A stretch of DNA of 64,000 bases from an uncultured Gammaproteobacteria bacterium. Lineage in GTDB: Bacteria; Pseudomonadota; Gammaproteobacteria; Methylococcales; Methylomonadaceae. A program made the position numbers and the translations under genes. The stretch is from the NCBI GenBank assembly GCA_963814825.1, contig CAWFEF010000004.1, forward strand, positions 455,556 to 519,555. Reading direction: 5' to 3'. Shown here piece after piece: positions 34,941 through 44,904 of this stretch. Each line of letters starts with the position of its first letter. Position 1 is the stretch's first letter. The notes beneath the pieces are model-generated. The model did not search any database. It was given only the letters and a program-made list of their open reading frames with translations, and was not told where the DNA came from.

Positions 34941-36532
34941 ATGGATACAGTCATCATCGGCATTTTAGGATCTCGCCTGGATCACGGCGGTTTGGGTAGC
35001 AGACGGCACGAACGCTGGCGGCCCAGCATCTCGTTATTGATGCACGATAACCTGCCAGTCGATGAGTTTGTGTTGATCCATCATGCCGATGAACAACAAC
35101 TCGCCACCTTGACGCTCAACGATATGGCGGCCATGTCTCCGCAAATACGGCTGACACCTTATCAAGTCGATTATGAAAACCCTTGGGACTTTGAACAGGT
35201 TTATAGCCAGCTGCACGAATTCACCCGCAGCTATCATTTCGATCCCGAACAGCATGATTATTATGTCCACATCACCACCGGCACCCATGTCGCGCAAATC
35301 TGTTTGTATCTGCTGACCGAAGCCAACTACATTCCGGCCAAGTTGCTGCAAACCTCGCCAAGCAAGGAAGGCGTGCAAGGTTGCTATCAAGTCATCGATT
35401 TGGATTTATCGCGCTACGATCAAATCGCCTCGCGCTTTGCCCGTGAAGCCCAAGACGGCATTGCTTATTTAAAAGGCGGCATAACAACGCATAATCCTGC
35501 GTTTAATACATTGATCTCCCAACTGGAGCATGTATCGATCAAATCGTCGGCGCCGATGTTGTTAACAGGCCCGACAGGCGCCGGAAAATCGCGGCTGGCA
35601 AAACGCATTTACGAACTGAAAAAACAGCGCGGCTTGGTGACCGGCAAATTGGTGGAAGTCAATTGCGCGATCTTGCGCGGCGATAACGCGATGTCGGCTT
35701 TATTCGGCCATGTGCGAGGCGCTTATACCGGCGCTTTGACTCAGCGCATGGGCTTATTGCGCGAAGCCGATAAAGGCTTGCTGTTTTTAGATGAAATCGG
35801 CGAATTGGGCCTCGACGAACAAGCCATGCTGCTGCGTGCGATTGAAGATAAAGTGTTTATGCCATTGGGCAGCGATCAGGAAGTCGGCAGCGATTTTCAA
35901 TTGATAGTCGGAACTAACCGCGATTTGTTCGAACAAGTACAACGGGGGTTGTTTCGTGAAGATTTGTTGGCGCGGATTAATTTATGGACCTATCAACTGC
36001 CCTCGCTGAAACAACGCATCGAAGATTTAGAGCCCAATATTGAACACGAGCTGCAACAATTTACGATTAAAGCAGGCTATAAAGTCAGCTTTAACAAAGC
36101 CGCTCGCGAACAGTATTTAAAGTTTGCCCGTTCAGCAACAGGCGCTATGGCGAGCGAATTTCCGGGATTTAAATTCCAGCATTACCCGCATGGCAACCTT
36201 GGCAACGGGCGGGCGCATTACCGAAGAACTGGTGGGCGAAGAAATCAGCCGCTTGCAGTACGCTTGGTCAGGTTTCAGCCAGCAAGCCGGTTGACGATGG
36301 ACTTGCCGCCGTATTGTCGGCGCAAGCCTTGGCGGAGTTGGATTTATTCGACCGTTTGCAACTTGCCGAAGTAGTGCGCGTCTGCCGCGCCAGTCGCAGC
36401 TTGGCCGAGGCGGGACGGGTTTTGTTCAATCATAGCCGCACCCAAAAAGCCAGCGCCAATGACTCGCACCGGCTTAAGCAATATTTACAGAAGTTTGGCT
36501 TGGAGTTTCAGGGGATTGTAAAAAGCTCGTAA
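34941..36532 (+). CDS. rtcR: Sigma-54-dependent transcriptional activator RtcR (CARF-like N-terminus plus AAA+ domain) with a frameshift near 36320
   Basis: The AAA+ sigma-54 activation domain carries TGPTGAGKS and LLFLDEIGELGLDEQAMLLRAIEDKVFMPLGSD. The C-terminal HTH piece lies in the next frame. Confidence 0.8.
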
Positions 36533-36562
36533 CTATTTAATCTTGCAGGGTACGTTGTGCAT

Positions 36563-36935
36563 ATGAGACTGTGAAAGTATTAATTATCCCAAAAGTTTTT
36601 GCACGTTTTCCATTGGAAGTTTGGCGAAACTTTTGTGGGCGGTAGAGACGCGGTTTACCGCGTCTTTTGAGTGTGCTCCGTATAATCCTAAGAATTCAGA
36701 CGCGATAAATCGCGTCTCTACAGGTTAGACCAATTGGGAATTCCGTGTTCCCAATTGATGTGATAACTTTGGGGACGATTAATATTATCCAAATCAGCTA
36801 AAAAAATTATTCACCACAGAGGGCACGAAGAACACGAAGCCTTCGTTAATTCAACATATTAAAGCTTCGTATCCTCTGTGTTCTTCGTGGTAATTATTTA
36901 ATATGCTGAACACGAATTCTTTCACAGTCTTGTAA
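36563..36935. repeat. Candidate foldback/MITE-like element (about 373 bp) bounded by 16-bp terminal inverted repeats AGACTGTGAAAG(T/A)ATT
   Basis: The left end GAGACTGTGAAAGTATT is nearly reverse-complementary to the right end AATTCTTTCACAGTCTTG. The interior holds the hairpins AGACGCGgtttacCGCGTCT and AGACGCGataaatCGCGTCT and the palindrome CAATTGGGAAttccgtgTTCCCAATTG. Confidence 0.35.
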
Positions 36936-37108
36936 CTGTCGGCGTTCTGATCAACATCCAATATTTGCCGCTCGGCAGCTTAAAATTTGACCATAAAAAT
37001 AATTATTACCTGGTTTTTTATGCTTTACTTGCACGAAAACGGATAAAGCCAACATTGATATTGGACGCTAATTGACAGGATTATTACTAATGTTCCGGAC
37101 TTATACTC

Positions 37109-38356
37109 ATGACTGAACTGGAAAACTTCAAGCTTCTGGGTATTGCCTTAGCCATAGGTTTACTAATTGGCCTGGAGCGTGGCTGGCGTACTCGTGACCT
37201 GAATGAGGGTATGCGAGTTGCCGGACTGCGGACCTACGGGATGATTAGCTTGTTGGGCGGCTTGGCGGGCCTCCTGGCTCAACAAGTGGACACTTATTTT
37301 ATGGGGTTTGTTTTTCTGGGCCTGACATCCGTCTTGCTGCTTGCTTATAGTAAAAGTCTCGATACATTTAAAGACTTCAGCATCACCGGCACCATTGCAT
37401 CGCTGACTACCTTTACTTTGGGAGCGTTGACTGTTTACGGTCATATTACGCTTGCTGCTGCAAGTGCCGTAGTCATTACATCACTGCTCGGTTTTAAGCC
37501 CTTGCTCCACGGTTGGGTGAAAAAACTGGAGCAGCACGAATTGCATGCAACGCTGAAATTGTTGTTGATCTCAGTCGTTATGCTTCCGATACTGCCGGAT
37601 CAGGACTATGGCCCTTGGGCCGCCTTTAATCCCTATCATATTTGGTGGATGGTTGTACTGATTGCAGGCATTTCCTATCTGGGCTATTTTGCGATCAAGA
37701 TTGTCGGCAATCAGCATGGACCGGTTTTGACCGGCGCACTGGGAGGATTGGTATCTTCAACAGCCGTTACCCTTAATCTATCCAAGTTATCAACACAATA
37801 TCCAAACATGGAAAATGTGTTGGCTGCCGGCATTTTAACAGCCTGCGCCACCATGTTTGCACGCACTCTTCTGCTGACCTCGGTTATGAATCCAACATTG
37901 TTCCTAGTGCTGCTTCCTGCCCTGCTGGTAATGTCCATTTTTACGTACCTTGTTGCTTTTCTTTTATGGCAAAGCGAGCAAGGGTTCCAAACCATTGAAG
38001 AAATAAAACTGGAAAATCCTTTTCAATTAGGAATGGCGTTAAAGTTCGGTGCATTTTTAGTCGTTATCATGTTCCTATCCAAACTACTCAAAGTTTATTT
38101 TGGTGATATTGGCACCTATTTTCTAGCCGCAACCTCCGGTTTGGCAGATGTTGATCCTATTACTCTTTCGATGTTGCAAATGAGCAATGATGGATTGAAC
38201 GTCAGTGTCGCCGCCAAGGCAATTCTTATTGCGGTCTCCGTTAATTCAGGCGTTAAAAGTATTTTTTCATGGGTTATTGGCAGTCAGGCCTTGGCGCTCA
38301 GAGTCGGAGGTACTTTAGTGGGAGCCGTTGTCGCAGGCTTATTGATCACACAATAG
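37109..38356 (+). CDS. MgtC/SapB-family membrane protein with a C-terminal DUF4010-like domain
   Basis: The N-terminus reads LLIGLERGWRTRDLNEGMRVAGLRT, and the 415-aa product is polytopic. Confidence 0.65.
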   Translation: MTELENFKLLGIALAIGLLIGLERGWRTRDLNEGMRVAGLRTYGMISLLGGLAGLLAQQVDTYFMGFVFLGLTSVLLLAYSKSLDTFKDFSITGTIASLTTFTLGALTVYGHITLAAASAVVITSLLGFKPLLHGWVKKLEQHELHATLKLLLISVVMLPILPDQDYGPWAAFNPYHIWWMVVLIAGISYLGYFAIKIVGNQHGPVLTGALGGLVSSTAVTLNLSKLSTQYPNMENVLAAGILTACATMFARTLLLTSVMNPTLFLVLLPALLVMSIFTYLVAFLLWQSEQGFQTIEEIKLENPFQLGMALKFGAFLVVIMFLSKLLKVYFGDIGTYFLAATSGLADVDPITLSMLQMSNDGLNVSVAAKAILIAVSVNSGVKSIFSWVIGSQALALRVGGTLVGAVVAGLLITQ

Positions 38357-38434
38357 ATAGGTCAAATTTATTGTTAGGTACGCTGTGCGTGCCCTACATG
38401 GCTGATTTTATTCCCTCTTTTCTGTAAACACATG

Positions 38435-38474
38435 CTCCTTCTCCCTTGAGGGAGAAGGTTGGGATGAGGGGTAT
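38435..38474. repeat. Single-arm copy of the family-5 palindromic element
   Basis: The sequence CTCCTTCTCCCTTGAGGGAGAAGGTTGGGATGAGGGGTAT is close to the reverse complement of 33239-33275. Confidence 0.45.
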
Positions 38475-38494
38475 AAATCTATAGTCAGTTTAAG

Positions 38495-38532
38495 CGTTTA
38501 AAAAAGGCCCGTCTTTATGATGGGCTTTTTTG
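38495..38532 (+). terminator. Rho-independent terminator, a duplicate of the module at 31355-31392
   Basis: The sequence GTTTAAGCGTTTAAAAAAGGCCCGTCtttatgATGGGCTTTTTTG is present. Confidence 0.65.
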
Positions 38533-38704
38533 TGCTAACAGGACAGTCCATGCTGGTTAAAAAGCTCGGGACTATAGATGTCAAAACACAAAAACGCTGT
38601 AATTTTCAGATAGATGGCCAGCTCTAGGTCGGCAGCAAAATAATGAGGCCATTGTAGGGGCGACCGGCCGGTTGCCCGTAAATATCACAATCAACTGATT
38701 TTTC

Positions 38705-40066
38705 CTAGGATTTATGATACCCGCTTCGAACGACTAACTTCGCCGGCACTCCACCCTTCGGCTTCAGCGTCACCGCCATTTCAATTTCGGCTTCATCCGT
38801 ATCAAGCAACTGCAAATCAAGATTCTGAATAATCATGCTCAACAAAAGCTGGCTTTCCAGTAACGCGAAATGATTGCCGATACAAATGCGCTCGCCGGTT
38901 CCGAATGGCATGAATGAAAATCTGCGATTCTCATCGCTTAAAAAGCGTTCGGGATCGAACCGTTCAGGCTGCGGCCAAAAATCCGGGTGATGATGAATAT
39001 TGTAAATACTGAAAATCGCCAGTCTACCTTGCTTTAACGAATACCCGTCAATCTCAGTATCCTTGAGAATTTTGCGCATCATAATGCCGACCGGCGGGCG
39101 GAAGCGCATCGATTCATTCAGTACGGCTCTGGTATAGACAAGCTGCTGCAAGTCTTCCGCTGTTGGGACTTTGCCTTGCAGCAAGGTATCCAGTTCTTGA
39201 CGCAGTTTAGCCAATACATCCGGATGCCGGGCCAGTAAATACAGCGTCCAGCTTAACAAATTCGCAGTGGTTTCATGGCCTGCACTGAAAATGGTAGTGA
39301 CTTCATCGCGAATCTGTTTATCGGACATAAGTTCGCCCTTGTCATCGCTTGCGTTCAGCAACATATCCAACAAATCGTTGTGCACTGCTGATTGGGCGCG
39401 GCGTTGCTCGATGATCCCGTAAATGACCTCATCTACTACCGCGCTTGCCGCATTAAATTCCCGATTGGCCTGGGTGGGTATAAATAACGGCATGCGTAAA
39501 GGATTCATGACCGATTTGGCCGCATACCGGAGCAGCGTGTCTAAAGCAGGCGCAATGTGTTCAATTTTATCGAGGACGCTGGTGCTAAACATGGTTTGAG
39601 TGATCACTTCAAGCGTCACCTGCATCATTTCATCAGCGAGATTAACTTGCGCCCCGTCGCCTAATAGCCGCCATCTGGCTAATAAGTTATTGCCGGCAGT
39701 GACGATTTGCGAATGTAAAGACGCCAAATTACTTCGCTGAAAAACCGGCTGCATTAACCGCCGCTGTCGTTGCCATAAATCACCCTGGCTGGTCACTAAG
39801 CCTTGCCCTAACACCAATGCCAGACCGGTTGGTTTTTTAGGATCGTACATTTTGACAAAGATATCGCTTTGCTTGATTAAAGCCTGTTCGATCAGCTTTG
39901 GGTGGCTGATTAAATAAAAATGGCGAATCGCCAATCTGAAACTCGCTAAATCGCCATAATCGCGCTGCCAGTCGCAAAGCGCTTGAAACGGATTGGCTTT
40001 CATTTGGCGTAAATTGCCTAATAGAAATTCGGCTTTGATTTTTGGGATTGTTTTGTTTTGCGGCAT
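38705..40066 (-). CDS. Cytochrome P450 monooxygenase
   Basis: The heme-binding loop FMPFGTGERICIGNHFA, the I-helix AGHETT and the EXXR motif are present in a 453-aa product. Confidence 0.85.
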   Translation of the reverse strand: MPQNKTIPKIKAEFLLGNLRQMKANPFQALCDWQRDYGDLASFRLAIRHFYLISHPKLIEQALIKQSDIFVKMYDPKKPTGLALVLGQGLVTSQGDLWQRQRRLMQPVFQRSNLASLHSQIVTAGNNLLARWRLLGDGAQVNLADEMMQVTLEVITQTMFSTSVLDKIEHIAPALDTLLRYAAKSVMNPLRMPLFIPTQANREFNAASAVVDEVIYGIIEQRRAQSAVHNDLLDMLLNASDDKGELMSDKQIRDEVTTIFSAGHETTANLLSWTLYLLARHPDVLAKLRQELDTLLQGKVPTAEDLQQLVYTRAVLNESMRFRPPVGIMMRKILKDTEIDGYSLKQGRLAIFSIYNIHHHPDFWPQPERFDPERFLSDENRRFSFMPFGTGERICIGNHFALLESQLLLSMIIQNLDLQLLDTDEAEIEMAVTLKPKGGVPAKLVVRSGYHKS

Positions 40067-40117
40067 GGTTGATACGGTTTGAAGTTTTAATGGCTGATTT
40101 TCAAAAAAGTGTTGCGT

Positions 40118-40627
40118 CTATTCTGCGTTTATTTCGACATTAGTAATGACCTCTGCGAGTAAAGCCGGACGAATATGCAAAGTCGTTTGCTTTGGAATGT
40201 CTCGCAACAATGCCAACACCTCGGATTTTGACCGAGATTGCCTGCGTATCGCTCTGATTAACAGACCCAACGTGCCATGCGCAGTGATACTCAGACTTTT
40301 TGCGGCAAGCCGCGCCGCTGTGTCATCGGTCAACAACAAACAATCGCCGTATTCGACACACAAATGCAAGGCTTCTTGCTCACCGGCATGTAATGTATAG
40401 AGCGGCGTCAACGCCTTAACCAATTGGGAAGACTGTCTTGCAGATCGTCGAATAAGCAGTGCATTTTCAGCCATCAATGCTTGTGGGCGATGGTTTTGCA
40501 CCTCAAGCCAAACCGCTTCGGGTACGATTACGCGGCCAAAATCGGCCAAAAGATCAAGACAACCCAGCTCATCCAGATGAATGATAGGCCCCGCATCAGC
40601 AATGACGACCGGGCTAGTCTTGCCCAT
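40118..40627 (-). CDS. PIN-domain toxin (DUF3368-type VapC-like ribonuclease)
   Basis: The blocks VVIADAGPIIHL...CLLLTDD...AHGTLGLLIRAI match the PIN family. The gene overlaps the upstream antitoxin gene by about 14 bp. Confidence 0.65.
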   Translation of the reverse strand: MGKTSPVVIADAGPIIHLDELGCLDLLADFGRVIVPEAVWLEVQNHRPQALMAENALLIRRSARQSSQLVKALTPLYTLHAGEQEALHLCVEYGDCLLLTDDTAARLAAKSLSITAHGTLGLLIRAIRRQSRSKSEVLALLRDIPKQTTLHIRPALLAEVITNVEINAE

Positions 40628-40811
40628 GCAAGCCCCAGTCAACATCATCGAGAATGAAGCGCTCGTTCATCGTTTCAAGGTGGGATTCCAGATAACGGCG
40701 GACGGATTCGGCAATCAATTCATCCATATTGGCAACCCAACCCTGCTGTACCATGTATTGTGCTTGTTGCCAGAGTTGGTCGGGGATTTCTGTTTTTACG
40801 GTGGTGCTCAT
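40614..40811 (-). CDS. Ribbon-helix-helix antitoxin (ParD/CopG-like), 66 aa
   Basis: The sequence MSTTVKTEIPDQLWQQAQYMVQQGWVANMDELIAESVRRYLESHLE resembles ParD, and the gene is coupled to the PIN gene. Confidence 0.55.
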   Translation of the reverse strand: MSTTVKTEIPDQLWQQAQYMVQQGWVANMDELIAESVRRYLESHLETMNERFILDDVDWGLHGQD

Positions 40812-41018
40812 GATTGTTATGCCTCTGATAAGCTGTAACCGAAAATAAGACTGGAAAAATTCGGATTGGGCGTAAGCGAAAGAGCCAATTGTATAATACC
40901 GGAAAATGAAAGCTACCATTTACATGGATTAACAGAATGAACAGGATAAAGGAATATCTGGTTAGTTCCGCATCGTATCGTTGACTGCGTATTTTGCGAT
41001 AAGGTTTCGTGCAGTTTT

Positions 41019-41103
41019 GTAGATCGTGCATGCTGTGTATGTCAGACAGTCAGATAAGCTCATACTGTCAGACAACGAAAAAGCTATTGCCCGACTTGCG
41101 AGC
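41019..41103. repeat. Family-2 double-hairpin repeat, diverged copy 1, upstream of tauE
   Basis: It shares CAGATA.GCT...GTC.GACAACGAAAAAGCT.TTGCCCGA with the copies at 42027-42124 and 42213-42320. Confidence 0.45.
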
Positions 41104-41245
41104 CTTCTATCTCATTGATTAATTAAAGTAATTTATTTTTAGTGGCGGTTATGAAGAATAAAAGATACTGAAATTGGTAAAATCTGCACTTCCGGCTTAC
41201 CGTTGAGCCAAATAAACAGATCAAAATAAGGCAGATTATTCCTCA

Positions 41246-42028
41246 ATGACGTTACTCGATTTTTCTTTTTACCAAATACTCGCTATTGCCTTGATATTCG
41301 TCTGGACCGGCTTTGTCCGGACCGGGCTGGGTTTTGGCGGCGCCGCGTTGGGATTACCGCTGATGTTGTTTATCCATAACAATCCGCTGTTATGGCTGCC
41401 TATCATCGGCGTGCATTTGTTGTTTTTCTCCGGTTTAACATTGCTTAACCGCTTGCATAACGTCGATTGGCAGTATTTGCGCTATTCCGCGATTTACATC
41501 ATTCCCGCCGCCTTCGTAGGCATTTTCGGGCTGCTGAACCTGCCGGTATTATGGCTGAACGGCTTTATCTATTCGGTTACCTTGTTTTACGGTTTTACCT
41601 GGATGCTTAACCGAGGCATTCAAAGTCAACATGTTTGGGCGGATAGAGTGCTGTTGATTTTAGGCGGATACGTTGCCGGAATTTCCTTGACCGGCGCGCC
41701 GTTGATGGTCGCCGTCTATATGCGCAACGTCAGCAAACAAAAGTTGAGGGATACTTTGTTTATCCTGTGGTTCACGTTGGTCAGCATCAAAATGACCACG
41801 TTTGTCGCCCTGTCCGTCGATTTGCATTTTCTAACGGCGCTGGCGCTGTTACCGATTGCCGCGATAGGCCATATAGTCGGCTTGAAAACGCATGACGCGA
41901 TTATGCGCAACGATTTGATGTTTAAACGTTGGATTGGCGGCGGCTTGGTTACTGTGAGTCTGTTGGGGTTGTGGCAGTTGTGTAGCCAATTTGTTCAGGA
42001 TTTTATTAAAAGTACTGGCTTGATTTGA
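41246..42028 (+). CDS. TSUP-family sulfite/anion exporter TauE/SafE
   Basis: The motifs GFGGAALGLPLM and GGYVAGISLTGAPLMVAVYM are present in a product of about eight transmembrane helices. Confidence 0.75.
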   Translation: MTLLDFSFYQILAIALIFVWTGFVRTGLGFGGAALGLPLMLFIHNNPLLWLPIIGVHLLFFSGLTLLNRLHNVDWQYLRYSAIYIIPAAFVGIFGLLNLPVLWLNGFIYSVTLFYGFTWMLNRGIQSQHVWADRVLLILGGYVAGISLTGAPLMVAVYMRNVSKQKLRDTLFILWFTLVSIKMTTFVALSVDLHFLTALALLPIAAIGHIVGLKTHDAIMRNDLMFKRWIGGGLVTVSLLGLWQLCSQFVQDFIKSTGLI

Positions 42029-42124
42029 TAGTTCCGTAGGTCGGGCATGCTGTTTATGCCCGACAATCAGATAGGCTAATAGTGTCGGGCAACGAAAAAG
42101 CTGTTGCCCGGTCTACGCACTACG
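42027..42124. repeat. Family-2 repeat, copy 2: hairpin TCGGGCATgctgtttATGCCCGA followed by hairpin CGGGCAACgaaaaagctGTTGCCCG
   Basis: It is nearly identical to copy 3 over about 90 bp. Confidence 0.55.
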
Positions 42125-42168
42125 TCCGCTGAAGACGTTGTTAAATGCGAATCATTGAATACCTTGCT

Positions 42169-42197
42169 CCTCGTTCCCACGCAGCGCGTGGGAACGA
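42169..42197. repeat. REP-like palindrome, family 6: CTCGTTCCCACGCAGCGCGTGGGAACGAG
   Basis: It is a perfect 12-bp-arm palindrome, and related units lie at 44911-44938 and 45021-45048. Confidence 0.5.
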
Positions 42198-42212
42198 GAT
42201 AAAAAGCGCTGG

Positions 42213-42320
42213 ATTGGTTTGATAGTCCCGTGGGCCGGGCATGCTGTTTATGCCCGACAATCAGATATGCTAATAGTGTCGGGCAACGAAAAAGCTGTTG
42301 CCCTATCTACAAGGCTGCAT
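42213..42320. repeat. Family-2 repeat, copy 3, abutting the 3' end of the NACHT gene
   Basis: Identity to copy 2 was established by direct comparison. Confidence 0.55.
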
Positions 42321-42334
42321 AAGGCAAAACAAAA

Positions 42335-44290
42335 TCACAAGTCCCTGGCAACATGAAAAAAAGGCCCATTTTCATGTAAGAGCTTCTCAGCATTTAATCT
42401 GTCTAGAGAAGAAAGTTCTCTCAAAAGAGCCATATTAAGTCTTTGCGATTTAATTCGAATATTATCGGTTCCATATCTAAATGTTAATCTCGATTCGAGG
42501 CCAGAAGGAATCAGCATTTTTTCGAAAAGAATCCAGTTCGCTTCGTCTTCATTCGAGTAGTCGTCTATGAAGCCAATAAGGGAGGCATACTCTAATTCTG
42601 CATCGTCAGCTAAACGATAATCTATTCCCGTTAAGATCGACAACTGGTTGACACAGTATCTTGCTAAGATATATGGAGAATCTAAAAACTCCAGGTTCTT
42701 AAAATTTTCTGAAGTAAGAGCCTTTTTAAATTGTAATAAACTGGATATTTCTACAATTTTGTCATAAGTAAGCTTATTTTTACTCAGGGCAAAAGGTTTA
42801 CTAAATTGCTCCTTCTGTTCCAAACTTAATTGGGTGAACCGCCTATCTTCATCCTCCAGAAGATCCATCTGTAAATAATCCGACTGAGAATCTATCGGCG
42901 GAATAATCATCATGTCAGGACCTAAGTTGCCGTTCGCCAATTTATCTTGAAAAATGAATTGATCAAGTTTCAACCCTTGCCAGTTAAAACTAAAAAAGAC
43001 TCTCGGAATTAATGAGCTATCGAAACAACGTATAAAACTGATTATTTGAGCTGTAAGTTTAGGTAATGGAAACGGCGAATTATCCAATGGACACAGTTGC
43101 CAGTCAGGTACTAAAGTTTCCATACAAGCAGCATTAGCCACAAAAAATTCCTGAATACTGTAATGGGCAAAACGATAATCCCTGTTGGAGGTTCGATTCA
43201 GCAGCGAACGACCGCCAAAATCCAGGTGTTTCAGGTGAAAGACGGCAGGCAGTTTAGCGATTAATTGTGCTAATTCGCTTTCCGGTAAGGCTCGCTTTCC
43301 TAAAGACTGTAAATATACTGCGACTAGGCGGCAGGCCGCCCAGAGATCACGTTCATTCGGAACCGATTTAATATTCTGACTCTCCATCTTGCGTATCTCC
43401 CGTCGCAACCAGACTTTCACAAGAGCCTCGTAGATTGTATAGCTGTTCCAGCGGGTTTGCTCTGACTCTAGCAAATCTTCCACGTGGGCCAGTAATAAAG
43501 GCCGAAATTGCAATGACTGCATTGAGTGCAACAATTTTTCAGCCTGTTCCCGGCGCGGATCGGCTTTCTTAAACAAAGGAATCCCGGTATCTGGGAAACG
43601 TTTAATGAGATAGGAATGGACTTGACTATTGTCAAATAGCGACAGGAAGATCATTGGACAGGTGTAGGCACCAACTACGACTCGTCCGGGTCGACCAAAG
43701 GAGTCTAGGCCAGTATCGGGAAAGAACTGGGTACGGCAGGATATAAGCACATGGCGGAAATTTGTGCTGGCCTCCAGTATTTCCTGTAACCGATCAGCTA
43801 TGCGACCACGGGCCAACGGGTCTTCGTCAAGGGCATCCAGGAGCAATACTGTTTTGGCTTTATTTGGTTGTGTACTTATTCGTTCCAAGGTGTTTTCGCT
43901 AAGTTTGAGCAGCAGACAATCGTAATCTTTCGGCCAAAATGACAGCATTTGGCTTAATTTGAGCATCATTAAGAGAGAGGTTTTACCCATACCAGCATCT
44001 GCCAATACGAACATCTGGTTGCGACCGTCACGTTCGACTGTATCACGTTCTAAAAAATGGTTGATTGTTTTGAATATCCCTGACCTTACGAAGGAGCAGA
44101 TACTATCTTCGTCATAATCCGTAGGGTTGTGTTGTTGACAGTCAGGTTGAATATAGTATTGGGCGAGTGTTCGTGGGTCACCAAATGTGTCGGTTATTAC
44201 GTCGAATTCCTTATCTCGTGTTTCCCAAATTTTGGTCAACTTCTTGTAAAGTGGTTTAATCAGTTTGGTAGATATGAATGGCTCGGACAT
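42335..44290 (-). CDS. NACHT/STAND-type P-loop NTPase (651 aa) with a short N-terminal region and an unassigned 250-aa C-terminal region; candidate bNACHT/Avs-like defense protein
   Basis: Walker A VLADAGMGKTSLLMML and the NACHT-type Walker B KTVLLLDALDE are present. The gene is markedly AT-rich (about 38-40 % GC) compared with neighbours at about 55 %. It is flanked by repeat families 2 and 6 and by toxin-antitoxin modules. Confidence 0.65.
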   Translation of the reverse strand: MSEPFISTKLIKPLYKKLTKIWETRDKEFDVITDTFGDPRTLAQYYIQPDCQQHNPTDYDEDSICSFVRSGIFKTINHFLERDTVERDGRNQMFVLADAGMGKTSLLMMLKLSQMLSFWPKDYDCLLLKLSENTLERISTQPNKAKTVLLLDALDEDPLARGRIADRLQEILEASTNFRHVLISCRTQFFPDTGLDSFGRPGRVVVGAYTCPMIFLSLFDNSQVHSYLIKRFPDTGIPLFKKADPRREQAEKLLHSMQSLQFRPLLLAHVEDLLESEQTRWNSYTIYEALVKVWLRREIRKMESQNIKSVPNERDLWAACRLVAVYLQSLGKRALPESELAQLIAKLPAVFHLKHLDFGGRSLLNRTSNRDYRFAHYSIQEFFVANAACMETLVPDWQLCPLDNSPFPLPKLTAQIISFIRCFDSSLIPRVFFSFNWQGLKLDQFIFQDKLANGNLGPDMMIIPPIDSQSDYLQMDLLEDEDRRFTQLSLEQKEQFSKPFALSKNKLTYDKIVEISSLLQFKKALTSENFKNLEFLDSPYILARYCVNQLSILTGIDYRLADDAELEYASLIGFIDDYSNEDEANWILFEKMLIPSGLESRLTFRYGTDNIRIKSQRLNMALLRELSSLDRLNAEKLLHENGPFFHVARDL

Positions 44291-44656
44291 GGTTTTACCG
44301 TCACATTGTTTTTGGTATTTGAAAAAATAAAGACTGTAGAGCTTAGGATGATTCGCCGTTGGGTAACTGCTCGCCTACGGCAGGCTGTCATTTAAATGCG
44401 ATGATTAGTAAATTGTAACGCTGTTAGGCGGATTTGCGCTAGCCTCGTAGGGTGCGCACCGTGCACCACTTACGGATTTTAGAATCTCAACGACCTCGAG
44501 AAAAGCGCGCGATGCATTCCCTATGTAGCTTGTCTCGTATGAAAAAGGCAACATATACTATGGTTTAAGCGGTTTTTTCTTTAGACTTAATCACTCTCGT
44601 TAAATTTTAGCCTTGATAATACTTCCATGAATCCTTCTAACGTTACTACTGAATAC

Positions 44657-44860
44657 ATGAAGTTATCTGTTTCCGAACGCATCCAGCTCGTTGAGGACAT
44701 ATGGGACAGTATTGCCGCAGAGGCACCTGATGATGCTCTTGGCTTGTCTCAAGCTCAAAAGGCTGAGCTGCATCGTCGTGTTGCTGAGCACCAATCCGAT
44801 TCTTCCTCAGCAGTTCCGTGGGAACAAGTTCGAGCTAAGTTGTTTTCCGATCAAAGCTAA
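44657..44860 (+). CDS. Orphan antitoxin of the putative-addiction-module-component family (RelE/ParE partner type)
   Basis: The sequence MKLSVSERIQLVEDIWDSIA...LSQAQKAELHRRVAEH matches the family. No toxin gene follows; REP units occupy that position. Confidence 0.5.
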   Translation: MKLSVSERIQLVEDIWDSIAAEAPDDALGLSQAQKAELHRRVAEHQSDSSSAVPWEQVRAKLFSDQS

Positions 44861-44904
44861 TGCAGGTTGTTCTCCGTCCAGAGGCAGAGCAAGAGCTTCT
44901 GGAG

